From the human T2T-CHM13v2.0 reference genome, Homo sapiens, in NCBI RefSeq assembly GCF_009914755.1, contig NC_060931.1: a stretch of 64,000 bases of DNA. The stretch is one strand, 5' to 3'. Made by a program: the position numbers and the translations under genes. This document shows, in pieces, positions 47,501 to 64,000 of this stretch (position 1 is its first letter; each line of letters opens with the position of its first letter). The notes under the pieces were generated by a model that was not told where the DNA came from, ran no database searches, and saw only the letters and a list, made by a program, of their open reading frames with translations.

Positions 47501-49359
47501 ATAGGTCAATTTCAATATCAAATGCTATGTCCAAACGATTATAGCAAACAAATAAAGCCAACTCTTTATAGAATGAAGCCCTGTTTCACCGTGTACATTT
47601 GTAATAAATAGTTCTGTCTGTGTGTCATTTCACTATCTAAACTTTATAAACCAACATTATCAATACCTTGACCAAAGGTAAAACATTACTTTGGAGAACA
47701 AGTAGGTCAACATCTATTTTTTTAACCATTGACCTTTTTTCTGGCAATTTTTAAACGATCAACTAAAATTCTGTCTTTAAATATTATGATAAAGGAAAGA
47801 AACATTTCTCTCAAGTCAATTGAGAGGGTATCACACCAATTTCTTGCTCAAAAATCTTCAATGCCTTTATTTTTCCCACAGAATTAAGTTCAGATTTCTT
47901 AGCCTGTCACTCAGAACCCTTTACAGTCAACTACTTAGTTTTTAAGTTTTATCAACCTCTACTAACAGTCTGAAATCTACACTCTTCTACTTTTACTTTC
48001 AAATTGTCTCTACCATGTTTCTGTAGTTATTCTTATATCCAGAATGCCATCTTGACTTTCTCTATTAACCTTACCCACTCTCCAAAGTGCATACAAAATG
48101 AACAACCCTTCTGTGAGTTTTGCCTTTTTCCACCATCTTTGAGGGGTCCTTGTCTCTCAATTCTGGGAGCACACCAACCGCTCCCGTCATTTGATGTGTA
48201 TCCTCACATTGATTGAGCACCTACAATGTTCCAGCTGCTCTAAATGCATGTTAGTATTTACTCTTCACTAAGATTTATTTTATTTAGGAAGGAATCAAAG
48301 TTGAGAGACCTAATTTTCCAAAGGTATTTAGTTATTAAAAAGTAGATTGGAGCTCTCTAGATTCCTCCTCTCTGGGCAGGACGTCTCTGAAAGAAAAGCG
48401 GCAGCCCCAGTAAGGGGCTTATAGATAAAACTTCCATCTCCCTGGGACAGAGCACCTGGGGGAAGGGGCAGCTGTGGGCGCAGCTTCAGCAGACTTAAAC
48501 TTTCCTGCCTGGTGACTCTGAAGAGAGTAGCAGATCTCCTAGCACAGTGCTTGAGCTCTGCTATGGGACAGAATGCCTCCTAAAGTAGGTCCCTGACCTC
48601 TGTGCCTCCTGACTGGGAGACACCTTCCAGCAGGGGTCGACAGACACTTCATACAGGAGAGCTCTGGCTGGCATCTGGCAGGTGCCCCTCTGGGAAGAAG
48701 CTACCAGAAGAAGGAACAGGCAGCAATCTTTGCTGTTCTGCAGCCTCCGCTAGTGATACCCAGGCAAACAGGGTCGGGAGTGGACCTCCAGCAAACTCCA
48801 GCAGACCTGCAGCAGAGGGGCCTGTTAGAAGGAAAACTAACCAACAGAAAGGAATAGTATCAACATTAACAAAAAGGACATCCACTCAGAAACCCCATCT
48901 GAAGGTCACCAACATCAAAGACCAAAGGTAGATAAATCCAGGAAGATGAGGAAAATCCACCACAAAAAGGTTGAAAATTCCAAAAACCAGAACACCTCTT
49001 CTCCTCCAAAGGATCACAACTCCTTGTCAGCAAGGAAACAAAACTGGACGGAAAATGAGTTTGACAAATTGACAGAAGAAGACTTCAGAAGATGGGTAAT
49101 AACAAACTCCTCCAAGCTAAATGAGCATGTTCTAACCCAATGCAAGGAAGCTAAGAACCTTGAAAAAAAAGGTTAGAGGAATTGCTAACTAGAATAACCG
49201 GTTTAGGGAAGAATATAAATGACCTGATGGAACTGAAAAACATAGCACGAAAACTTCCTGAAGCATACAGAAGTATCAATAGCCGAATTGATCAAGTGGA
49301 AGAAAGGATATCAGAGACTGAAGATTAACTTAATGAAATAAAGCGTGAAGACAAGATTA

Positions 49360-50972
<1,613 letters not shown>

Positions 50973-51035
50973 TATGATGTTAGCTGGTTATTTTGCTCGT
51001 TAGTTGATGCAGTTTCTTCCTAGCCTTGATGGTCT

Positions 51036-51696
51036 TTACAATTTGGCGTGTTTTTGCAGTGGCTAGTACCGGTTGTACCTTTCCATGTTTAGTGCTTCCT
51101 TCAGGAACTCTTTTAGGGCAGGCCTGGTGGTGACAAAATCTCTCAGCATTTGCTTGTCTGTAAAGGATTTTATTTCTCCTTCACTTATGAAGCTTAGTTT
51201 GGCTGGATATGAAATTCTGAGTTGAACATTCTTTTCTTTAGGAATGTTGAATATTGGCCCCCACTCTCTTCTGGCTTGTAGGGTTTCTGCCGAGAGATCA
51301 GCTGTTAGTCTGATGGTCTTCCCTTTGTGGGTAACCCGACCTTTCTCTCTGGCTGCCCTTAACATTTTTTCCTTCATTTCAACTTTGGTGAATCTGACAA
51401 TTATGTGTCTTAGAGTTGCTCTTCTCGAGGAGTATCTTTGTGGCCTTCTCTGTATTTCCTGAATTTGAATGTTGGCCTGCCTTGCTAGATTGGGGAAGTT
51501 CTCCTGGATAATATCCTGCAGAGTGTTTTCCAACATGGTTCCGTTCTCCCCGTCACTTTCAGGTACATCAATCAGACGTAGATTTGGTCTTTTCACATAG
51601 TCCCATATTTCTTGGAGGCTTTGTTCATTTCTTTTTATTCTTTTTTCTCTAAACTTCTATTCTCACTTCATTTCATTCATTTGATCTTCCATCACT
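51036..51696 (-). pseudogene. L1 ORF1p C-terminal remnant of the inverted segment
   Basis: ORF 51063-51596: KRPNLRLI..ENFPNLARQ..AREKG..QARREWG..YPAKLSF. Confidence 0.92.
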
Positions 51697-53924
<2,228 letters not shown>

Positions 53925-56900
53925 ACAATGAGAACACATGGACACAGGAAGGGGAACATCACACACAGGGGCCTGTTGTGGGGTGTGGGGAGGTGGGGAG
54001 GGATAGCATTTGGAGATATACCTAATGTTAAATGACGAGTTACTGGGTGCAGCACACCAACATGGCATATGTATACATATGTAACTAACCTGCACATTGT
54101 GCACATGTACCCTAAAACTTAAAGTATAATAAATAACAAAAAAAAAAAAAGAAAAGGAACAAACAAATCCTCTGAGAAATATAGAACTATGTGAAAAGAC
54201 CAAATCTACGTTTGATGGGTGTACCTGAAAGTGATGGGGAGAATGGAACCAAGTTGGAAAACATTCTTCAGGATATGATCCAGGAGAACTTCCCCAACCT
54301 ACTAAGACAGGCCAATATTCAAATTCAGGAAGTACATGGAACACCACAAAGATACTCCTCGAGAAGAGCAACCCCAAAACACATAATCATCAGATTCACC
54401 AAGTTTGAAATGAAGGAAAAAATATTAACAGCAGCTAGAGAGAAAGGTCGGGTTACCCACAAAAGGGAGCCTATCAGACTAACAGTGGATCTCTCTGCAG
54501 AAACCCTACAAGCCAGAAGAGAGTAGGGGCCAATATTCAACATTCTTAAAGAAAATAATTTTCAACCCAGAATTTCATATCCAGTCATACTAAGCTTCAT
54601 AAGCAAAGGAGAAACAAAATCCTTTACAGACAAGCAAATGCTGAGAGATTTTGTCACCACCAGACCTGACTTAAAAGAGCTCCTGAAGGAAGCACTAAAT
54701 ATGAAAAGGAAAAACCCATACTAGCCACTGCAAAAACATACCAAATTGTAAAGACCATCAACACTATGAAGAAACTGCATCAACTAATGAGCAAAATAAC
54801 CAGCTAGCATCACAATGACAGGATCAAATTCACACTAACAATATTAACCTCAAATGTAAACAAACTAAATGCCCCAATTAAAAGACACAGACTGGCAAAT
54901 TGGATAAGCAGTGAAGAACCACTGGTGTGCTGTATTCAGGAGACCCATCTCACAGACAAAGACATACACAGGCTCAAAATGAAGGGATGGAGGAGAATTT
55001 ACCAAGAAAATGGAAAGCAAAAAAAAGCAGGGGTTGCAATCCTAGTCTCTGATAAAACAGACTTTAAACCAACAAAGATCAAAAAAGACAAAGAAGAGCA
55101 TTACATAATGGTAAAGGGATCAAAGCAACAAGAAGAGCTAACTATCCTAAATATATATGCACCCAATACAGGAGCACCCAGATTCATAAAGCAAGTTCTT
55201 AGAGAACTACAAAGAGACTTAGAATCTCACACAATAATAGTGGGAGACTTTAACAACCCACTGTCAATATTAGACAGATCAACAAGACAGAAAATTAACA
55301 AGGATATTCAGGACTTGAACTCAGCTCTGGATTGAGCAGACCTAATAGACATCTCCACCCCAAATTAACAGAATATACCTTCTTCTCAGCACCTCATGGC
55401 ACTTATTCTAAAATTGACCACATAATTGGAAGTGAAACACTCCTCAGCAAATGCAAAAGAACGGAAATCATAACAGTCTCTCAGACCACAGTGCAATCAA
55501 ATTAGAACCCAAGATTAAGAAACTCATTCAAAACTGCACAACCACAAGGAAACTGAACAACCTGCCCCTGAATGACTACTGGGTACATAATGAAATCAAG
55601 GCAGAAATAAATAAGTTCTTTGAAACCAATGAGAACAAAGACACAGTGTACCAGAATCTCTGGGACACAGCTAAAGCAGTGTTTAGAGGAAAATTTATAG
55701 CACTAAATGCCCACAGGAGAAAGTAGAAAAGATCTAAAATCAACACCCTAACATCAGAATTAAAAGAACTAGAGAAGCAAGGGCAAAGAAATTCAAAAGC
55801 TAGCAGAAGGCAAGAAATAACTAAGATCAGAGCAGAACTGAAGGAGATAGAGACATGAAAAACCCTTAAAAATATCAACGAACCCAGGAGCTGGTGTTTT
55901 GAAAAGATTAACAAAATAGATAGACCGCTAGCCAGACTAATAAAGAAGAAAATAGAGAAAAATCAAATAGACACAATAAAAAATGATAAAGGGATACCAT
56001 CACTGATCCCACAGAAAGACAAACCACCATCAGAGAATACTATAAACATCTCTATGCAAATAAACTAGAACATCTAGAAGAAATGGATAAATTCCTGGAC
56101 ACATACACACTCCCAAGACCAAACCAGGAAGAAGTTGATCCCTGAATAGACCAGTAACAAGTTCTGAAATTGAGGCAGTAATTAATAGCCTACCAACCAA
56201 AAAAACCACAGGACCAGATGGATTCACTGCCAAATTCTACCAGAGGTACAAAGAGGAGCTGGTACTATTCCTTCTGAAATTTTTCCAAACAACAAAAAAA
56301 GAGGGACTCCTCCCTAACTCATTTTAAGAGACCAGCATCATCCTGATACTAAAACCTGGCAGAGACACAACAAAAAAAGAAATTTTAGGCCAATATCCCT
56401 GATGAACATCAATGTGAAAATCCTCAATAAAATACTGGCAAACCAAATCCAGCAGCACATCAAATAGCTTATCCACCACAATCAAGTTGGCTTCATACCT
56501 GGGCTGCAAGGCTAGTTTAACTTATGGAAATCAATAAACGTAATCCATCACATAAACAGAACCAATGACAGAAACCACATGATTATCTCAATAGATGCAG
56601 AAAAGGCCTTTGACAAAATTCAACACCCCTTCATGCTAAAAACTCTCAATAAACTAGGTATTGATGGAACATATCTCAAAATAATAAGAGCTATTTATGA
56701 CAAACCCACAGCCAGTATCACACTGAACGGGCAAAAGCTGGAAGCATTCCCTTTGAAAACCAGCACAAGACAAGGATGCCCTCTCTCTCCACTCCTATTC
56801 AACATAGAATTGGAAGTTCTGGCCAGGGCAATCAGGCAAGAGAAAGAAATAAAGCGTATTCAAAAAGAAAGGAAATCCAACTGTCTCTGTTTGCAGATGA

Positions 56901-57098
56901 CATGACTGTATACCTAGAAAACCCCATTGTCTCAGCCCAAAATCTCCTTCAGCTGATAAGCAACTTCAGCCAAGTCTCAGGATACAAAATCAATGTGCAA
57001 AAATCAGAAGAATTCCTATGCACCAATCATACACAAAAAGAGAGAAAGATTATGAGTGAACTCCCATTCACAATGGCTACAAGAGAATAAATACCTAG

Positions 57099-57257
<159 letters not shown>

Positions 57258-57553
57258 TAGAGATTCAATGCTATCCCCATCAAGCTACCATTAACTTTCT
57301 TCACAGAATTAGAAAAAAACTACTTTAAATTTGATACGGAACCAAAAATGAGGCTGTATAGCCAAGAAAATCCTAAGCAAAAATAACAAAGCTGGAGGCA
57401 TCACACTACCTGACTTCAAACTATACTACAAACAGCATGGTACTGGTACCAAGACAGATATATAGACCAATGGAACAGAACAGAGGCCTCAGAAATAATG
57501 ACATATATCTACAATCATCTGATCTTTGACAAACCTGACAAAACAAGCAATGA

Positions 57554-57676
<123 letters not shown>

Positions 57677-59261
57677 TAAGTGTAAGACCTAAAGCCATAA
57701 AAACCCTAGAAGAAAACCTGGGCAATACCATTCAGGACATAGGCATGGGCAAAGACTTCATGACTAAAACACCAAAAGCAAAGGCAACAAAAGCCAAAAT
57801 TGACAAATGGGATCTAATTAAACTAAAGAGCTTCTGCACAGCAAAATAAACTATCATCAGAGTAAACAGGCAACCTACAGAATGGGAAAAAAATTTTGCA
57901 AACTATTCATCTGAAAAAGGGCTAATATCCAGAATCTACAAAGAACTTAAAGAAATTTACAAGAAAAAAAATCCCATCAAAAAGTGGGTGAAGGATATGA
58001 ATAGACACTTCTCAAAAGAAGATATTTATGTGGTCAAAAAACATATGAAAAAAAGCTCATCATCACTGGTCATTAGAGAAATGCAGATCAAAACCACAAT
58101 GAGATACCGTCTCATGCCAGTTAGAATGGCGATCATTACAAAGTCAGGAAACAACAGATGCTGGAGAGGATGTGGAGAAATAGGAAAGCTTTTACACTAC
58201 TGGTGGGAGTGTAAATTAGTTCAACCATTGTGGAAGACAGTGTGGCGATTCCTCAAGGATCTAGAACCAGAAATACCATTTGACCCAGCCATCCCATTAC
58301 TGGGTATATACCCAAAGGATTATAAATCATTCTACTATAAAGATGCATGCATACGTAGGTTTATTGCAGCACTAGTCACAATAGTAAACACTTGGAACCA
58401 ACCCAAATGCCCATCAGTAATAGACTGGATAAAGCAAATGTGGCACATATACACCATGGGATACTATGCACCTATAAAAAAGGATGGGTTCATGTCCTTT
58501 GCAGGGATGTGAATGAAGCTGGAAACCATCATTCTCAGCAAACTAACACAGAAACAGAAAACCAAACACTGCATGTTCTCACTCATAAGTGGGAGTTGAA
58601 CAATGAGAACAGATGGACACAGGGAGGACATCACACACCATGGCCTGCCAGGGGGTTAGAGGCTAGGGGAGAGATAGCATTCAAGAAATACCTAATGTAG
58701 ATGACAGGTTGATGGGTGCAGCAAACCAACATGGCATGTCCATACCTATGTAACAAACCTGCACATTCTGCACATGTATCCCAGAACTTAAAGTATAATT
58801 TTAAAAAAGTAGGTTGGAGATTCATATTTAAAGTGAAACTAAGCCAAAATTTGTATTATTTTTCTTAATAATTTCCAAAATGCAATCTAAGTTTTACCTT
58901 TTAAGCCAATCTGATCAACTTCTCATGGCACTACCTTGAGAAAAACTCTAAGGTATACTAAGACACAGTGGTTCTCAGTGCCATAATCCATCAGTGAATG
59001 TGGGGACAGGCAGCAGGCACAGAGAGTGGGGAGTGTGCCCAGCTCTGACATAAAGAACAACAATATGTTGATGCAACATCAAGAAGTTGCTTCTCTCCTG
59101 GGCTTCCTTGTAGCCGTTATCAGCTATTACCCAACTCAGCTACTCTACAGTCATTTTCAACACTTTTCTTCCTTTCTGTGTCCCATTGCCAAGTCTTTAA
59201 AAGCCAGGCACTCATTTTTCAAGACCCCTTTCATAAGGCCAGGGGTTGCTGTATAACCTAG

Positions 59262-59727
<466 letters not shown>

Positions 59728-61319
59728 TCCTCCCCGCCTTTTTTTAAACCCATTACCATCCTTGCTTTCTGATTTGGACTGGCATTGAAGATATGATTAT
59801 TAGGAATCTGACTGCCAACTTGTGATCGTGAAGGAAGACATTGGCAACATGATAAAAATAGCATAGAGGAGGATGAAAGGAGTCTGGATGTCCTGGGGAC
59901 TTGTTGAGCTACCAAACCCACCCTGATACTGCCCAGCTTCTGTTCTTTGTGGTATAAACAATACATGGCTTGGCGGTTTCATCTACTGTGAGTTAAGTCT
60001 TCTGCTCCTTGCTATCGAGTGTATCCTAAAACCAATACACCAGCAAATGAGATGCAAGAATAACTGCCTGTTTGCTCTGTCATTTTTGCAATGTAGACAC
60101 CACCTAGAACAAGAAAATTACTGAATCTCTGAATGACATTTTTGTAAAGCCATAGAAGCAAAAACACAAGTTTAAAAGACCTAGATTTTAATTATTAGAG
60201 TCAGATTCTTGAGAAAATTTCTGATGGCCTTGAAGCCAGCAGTTTATACAGTGAGGCAGGACAAGGAGAAATCTATTTGAGTGTTGTTTCCTCCCCGCAC
60301 ACAGATAAAATCAGAACATTTTCTAGAGAGGATTGGGAATGGAGAAGACAGCAGATGCTAATGTTGGGCTCTGCTTCCTGGCTTTCCCTTCCTACAGGGT
60401 TGACCCATTGATGGGGTGGATAAAATAGGCTTGGAGATCTGAATGTAGAAAGGACTTGCCCCACACTTCCTGCCTCGAACTCAGAGAGGAGATGGCCTTC
60501 AAGAATGCCTTGCAGCAACGTGGGTAGACAGCATTGGGCTCAGAATAGGGGCACAGCATAGCAAAACCAACTCATCTCAGGTCTTGGAAGAGACTTCAAA
60601 AAGCTCCCAAGCTTCCCCCAAAAAGGAGCTCAAAGGACAGCAGAGAATGAAGAGCTGGAATGCATCAGGAATTCACATCCGCATATCAGAGACTCAGAAA
60701 GTGATTATGTCAGATAAATGGAAGAAAAATAAGTAGAAAGAGAATCATTCAGGCAGACTAAATTTTAAAATAAATTACTCTGAAATGAGAAGTTAAGAGT
60801 CTTTTGGGTCTTGTCCCATATAGAACAAAAGAGCTATGTTAATTTATCTTGTAAAGAAAGTTTTGTTTCATGCATCCGAGTTGATAATGTAAAATTTAAA
60901 GTTGCTTCAGATAATGTGACAACCCTGGAGTATAATACATTAGGACTCATCTCTCTGAACGAACAGCAACTTTGCAAAAGAGGAAACGGGGCTGCCTGTT
61001 CTGTTACTGTCACATCTGATTTTTATTTGTATATGACTTGACCAGCCTTTATAGCTCTCACCACACAGCACTTCCATGTTCCATAATGGACCTGTTCAAA
61101 GGAAGCCATATCACTCCACTTGATTTGCTTCTGATACCAGTTCCAGGGGTATTGATCTGTCTTGAGTAATGTGTTATTGTTGACAGAGAGGTTTCTTGAC
61201 TCACTGTAGGTGACTTTTTATGCCCTTTAAAGTTCTGAAAAGCCCATAAAGATAATGTTTAAATTACAAGTCATACACAACAGAAGAGAGTCTGGAGCAG
61301 CCACACAGGCAACTGCATA

Positions 61320-61520
61320 GTACCAGAAGGACTGTGGACATGGAATCAGACTACACAGTTCCATAGCTGACTGGGTATATTACTCTTTCCTCAATTTCCT
61401 CATATGTGAAATGGTAAGGCTAATATCTACCTAGCATAGTTTTCTGAAGATTTTATAAGAGATCACATATATAAAGCACCTAACCTTGTTAATCCATAGA
61501 AGAAATGTAATAAATATCAG
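61320..61520 (+). mobile_element. MIR SINE
   Basis: ggaatcagact..cctcaatttcctcatatgtgaaatgg..taatatctacct. Confidence 0.65.
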
Positions 61521-63048
61521 AAAAAGAAGAGATTTTTTTTCTCCCTTCTTTTGTTATTTCATGCTATAAATTTTACCATTTTCTGGGTTTAAGTACAATG
61601 CGTTTATGCTAAGGTTTAACACGGTGGCTTCATCTTTTAGTCATTCTAATTAATTTCAGCATTGACTGAACCCAGTGGCCCCTGTAGATAAAAACAGGAC
61701 CAACCACTAAACATTAAACTCTCAAGCACCCACCTGTAATCACTTAAACAGCTAGAGGTGGCTCCACTGATACTTATTAAACAGATGTTCACTCTGTAAC
61801 AAAAGTGTACCAATCTCATCCTGAAGCCCAGAAAATAGAAAAGAAGATAGGACAGCCTCTGTTACCAATGGCAGAAATATGACAGGGCTATATGAGGCTA
61901 AGATAAAGGATATCAAACTCAAAACCAAGAGTGATAAGCAAGGAGACTGTGTTAGACTGTTTCAATAATTAAGGTGAGAAATGATGGCAGCCTGAAGTGT
62001 GATTTTCATGATGGAGATGGGGAGAAATAGATAGTTTAAAAACTGTTAAAAAGGAGCATTGGCAGAACTCATTAATTGAACAGATGCAGATAGCAGGTAG
62101 GCTGGGGGAGGGAGGTGTTACATATGACAACATGACATATTCTGTTAATACTAATTGAAGGCCTCTATGGTGGAATCACTTACTTAGGTGACTTGGGAAT
62201 ACAGGGAGGTAAAGTCACATTCCTGGCTCCCAAGAAATGTATAGTACATTTAAAGGGATAAGACATAACAACATCTTTTTAGTATCTGCTCTAGTTTATT
62301 ATTTTATTTTTTAGGGCCCTATTCTGTTCTCAAAAAAAAAAAAAAAAAAAAGTAGTAAGGATGAAAAGGGGTAGGGCATCTGGAAAAAACTTTGGAGAAG
62401 CCTCAGGAACATCCCGCTTGAAACCTCCAGCCAATTATTTCAGTCTTATAGAGAGAGTGGATTAAATGAATAGGTTGTGTCACTATTTTTGAGAAGCCTG
62501 AGTGCCTCTTCTAAGAGCTATTCTCATTTCCACAAAAAGGAAGGGAAATTGCGGTATCTAAAAGTAGTGTTTGAAAGTCACTTCTTAAGAATTATATCGA
62601 GTCAAAACACTTTCATTTAAAGCCCTTAATATTTGAACATTGTTATTTATTTTTGCTGTTTGGATTTTTATGTGTGTGTTTGTGTACCTATGAAAAACTA
62701 TTCATGTCTCAAATGAAATAAAAGAAGGTGGCTGTGATGTATTAGTATAGGTTCTCAATTTCTGTCCTAGGTAAGATGAAAAGCATGAAGATGCCTCCTT
62801 CAATCCCGTCATGGCCACAGTCTCCTTGTCATACCCATATAGGCTCTACCTCAAGTTGTGGGCAAACTTCTTTACCCACCTGTCATGAAACTGTGCTTTT
62901 TCTATGCTATCTCTAGGGCCCCAAGACTGTATGGATAGCTGCAGACCACCACATTCAGGAAGAGGGGCCAGATCCATTAGGGAGTATATTTGGCATTGAG
63001 CTGATAGAGAATAAAGGAGAAAAACTTCCTGAGTAGCTCCAGTCTTAC

Positions 63049-63156
63049 CAACCCAGCTTCTGTTTCAAAGTGAGTTCATGATCAACGGTGGTCTCGCCTG
63101 GAGTCATTAGTCCAGAGAACATCCCAACAAAGAAGGTGTAGGAAGTTTTCCTAAAC
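63049..63156 (-). other. Candidate minus-strand exon (unverified)
   Basis: On the minus strand: CCTAAT branch-like site, pyrimidine tract, AG acceptor(s) at 63157-63158 or 63151-63152, donor TTG|GTAAGA. Confidence 0.2.
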
Positions 63157-64000
63157 CTAATTTTTAGGTCAAAAAAACAAGACAGAGAGAGAACAAGATT
63201 AGGAAATAAATGGGAAGTTGGAGGAGCCCGGATCAAGCAGAAGTAAGCCCAAGAATGCAAGGGAAAGGTCTGAGGTATAATGGTATAGGTCTGAGACAGG
63301 AAGAGCTACGGAATAAGCAGAGCAAGAAAGTGCAGAGGGCAATAAGGAATCCTTTCAGATGCTTTTCTTCTACTCCAACCCCAATTAGATACACATGGGC
63401 ATTGGTAATTTTGCCTTCTGAATCTCTGGGATAATACATCAACCACGTCATTTGCCCTGGGGAGAGGGTCTTTGAAATTAGCACAATAGCTCTGATTTCC
63501 TGCCAAATGGTTAATCAGAAGGGGACCTAATACATAAAGAGCAGGAATCTATTGTTTTCATAGACTCCTTATGCCTTGGGTAAGACATAATTCTAACTTG
63601 CTATTACCCCCTTCTCTGATTTTACACTAACTAGGGATATAACAGCCACCTCAAATGTCCCCAGATAGTCCACATCCCAGCAACAGCCGACTTCGCCAAA
63701 TTGGGGCAGCGATTTCACCTTCATCTCACAGAGTTCAATGAGTATGTTGCCAAGGGACATTTTGAGTGCCAATTCACTAATTTTACAGAAACTCTGTAAT
63801 TGGTTGGAATTGCTAAGGTCAGGGATTGTACATTTCTTGTCACCTTCCTTCAGAGGGCTAATTTCTGTTTTCTCTCTCGGATGCATTCTATAGCTCAAAC
63901 AGCAGATGCATTCTCTTGCAGTGGTGAATAAAGGCCATTCTTGGACAGGCCCAATTGCTCTACTAAGTTAGAAGGAACCTCCTTTTTAGCTGACATATAA

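Noticed and set aside
61670-61765. Two CTCF-like motifs (cagtggcccctgtag; cagctagaggtggc)
   Set aside because: Only partial matches to the core; unsupported without a PWM scan or ChIP data.
62332-62351. Orphan A20 tract as a severely truncated retro-insertion
   Set aside because: No TSD or upstream element visible; simple mononucleotide expansion is equally likely.
63593-63898. 101-aa minus-strand ORF in unique sequence
   Set aside because: No recognisable domain or convincing splice borders; the length is within chance expectation.

Overview
Repeat-dense primate (human-like) genomic DNA, intronic or intergenic. I found no recognisable host protein-coding exon, tRNA, rRNA or CRISPR array. 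Every long ORF is a LINE-1 ORF1/ORF2 remnant, a DNA-transposon fossil or a simple-repeat artefact. The dominant structure is a 5'-truncated L1PA7-like element (48353-58803, 16-bp TSD). Its ORF1 is interrupted by a younger L1PA4-like element with a 2.3-kb 5' inversion (twin priming; 49388-54150). The insert's truncation point lies only 75 nt from the position homologous to its own insertion site. Other repeats include the 3' end of a second L1PA4-like copy, old L1M copies, solo LTRs (MST, MLT1, LTR8, MER4A1, MLT2A1), a near full-length HSMAR2 mariner, MADE1, MER1A, MER119, MER63, MER2, two Tigger3a, five Alus, L2/MIR/L3 fossils and a ~410-bp alternating purine-pyrimidine minisatellite. The most unusual observations are DNA-repair or template-switch scars: an ancient L2 fragment inside a younger LTR, perfect 28-bp and 18-bp palindromes that arose inside old repeats, and microhomology deletion junctions. 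L1s and LTRs are strongly biased to the + strand, hinting at a minus-strand host transcript. Subfamily names come from my recollection of Repbase/Dfam consensus sequences and need RepeatMasker confirmation. I found no evidence for a new multi-gene biological system.
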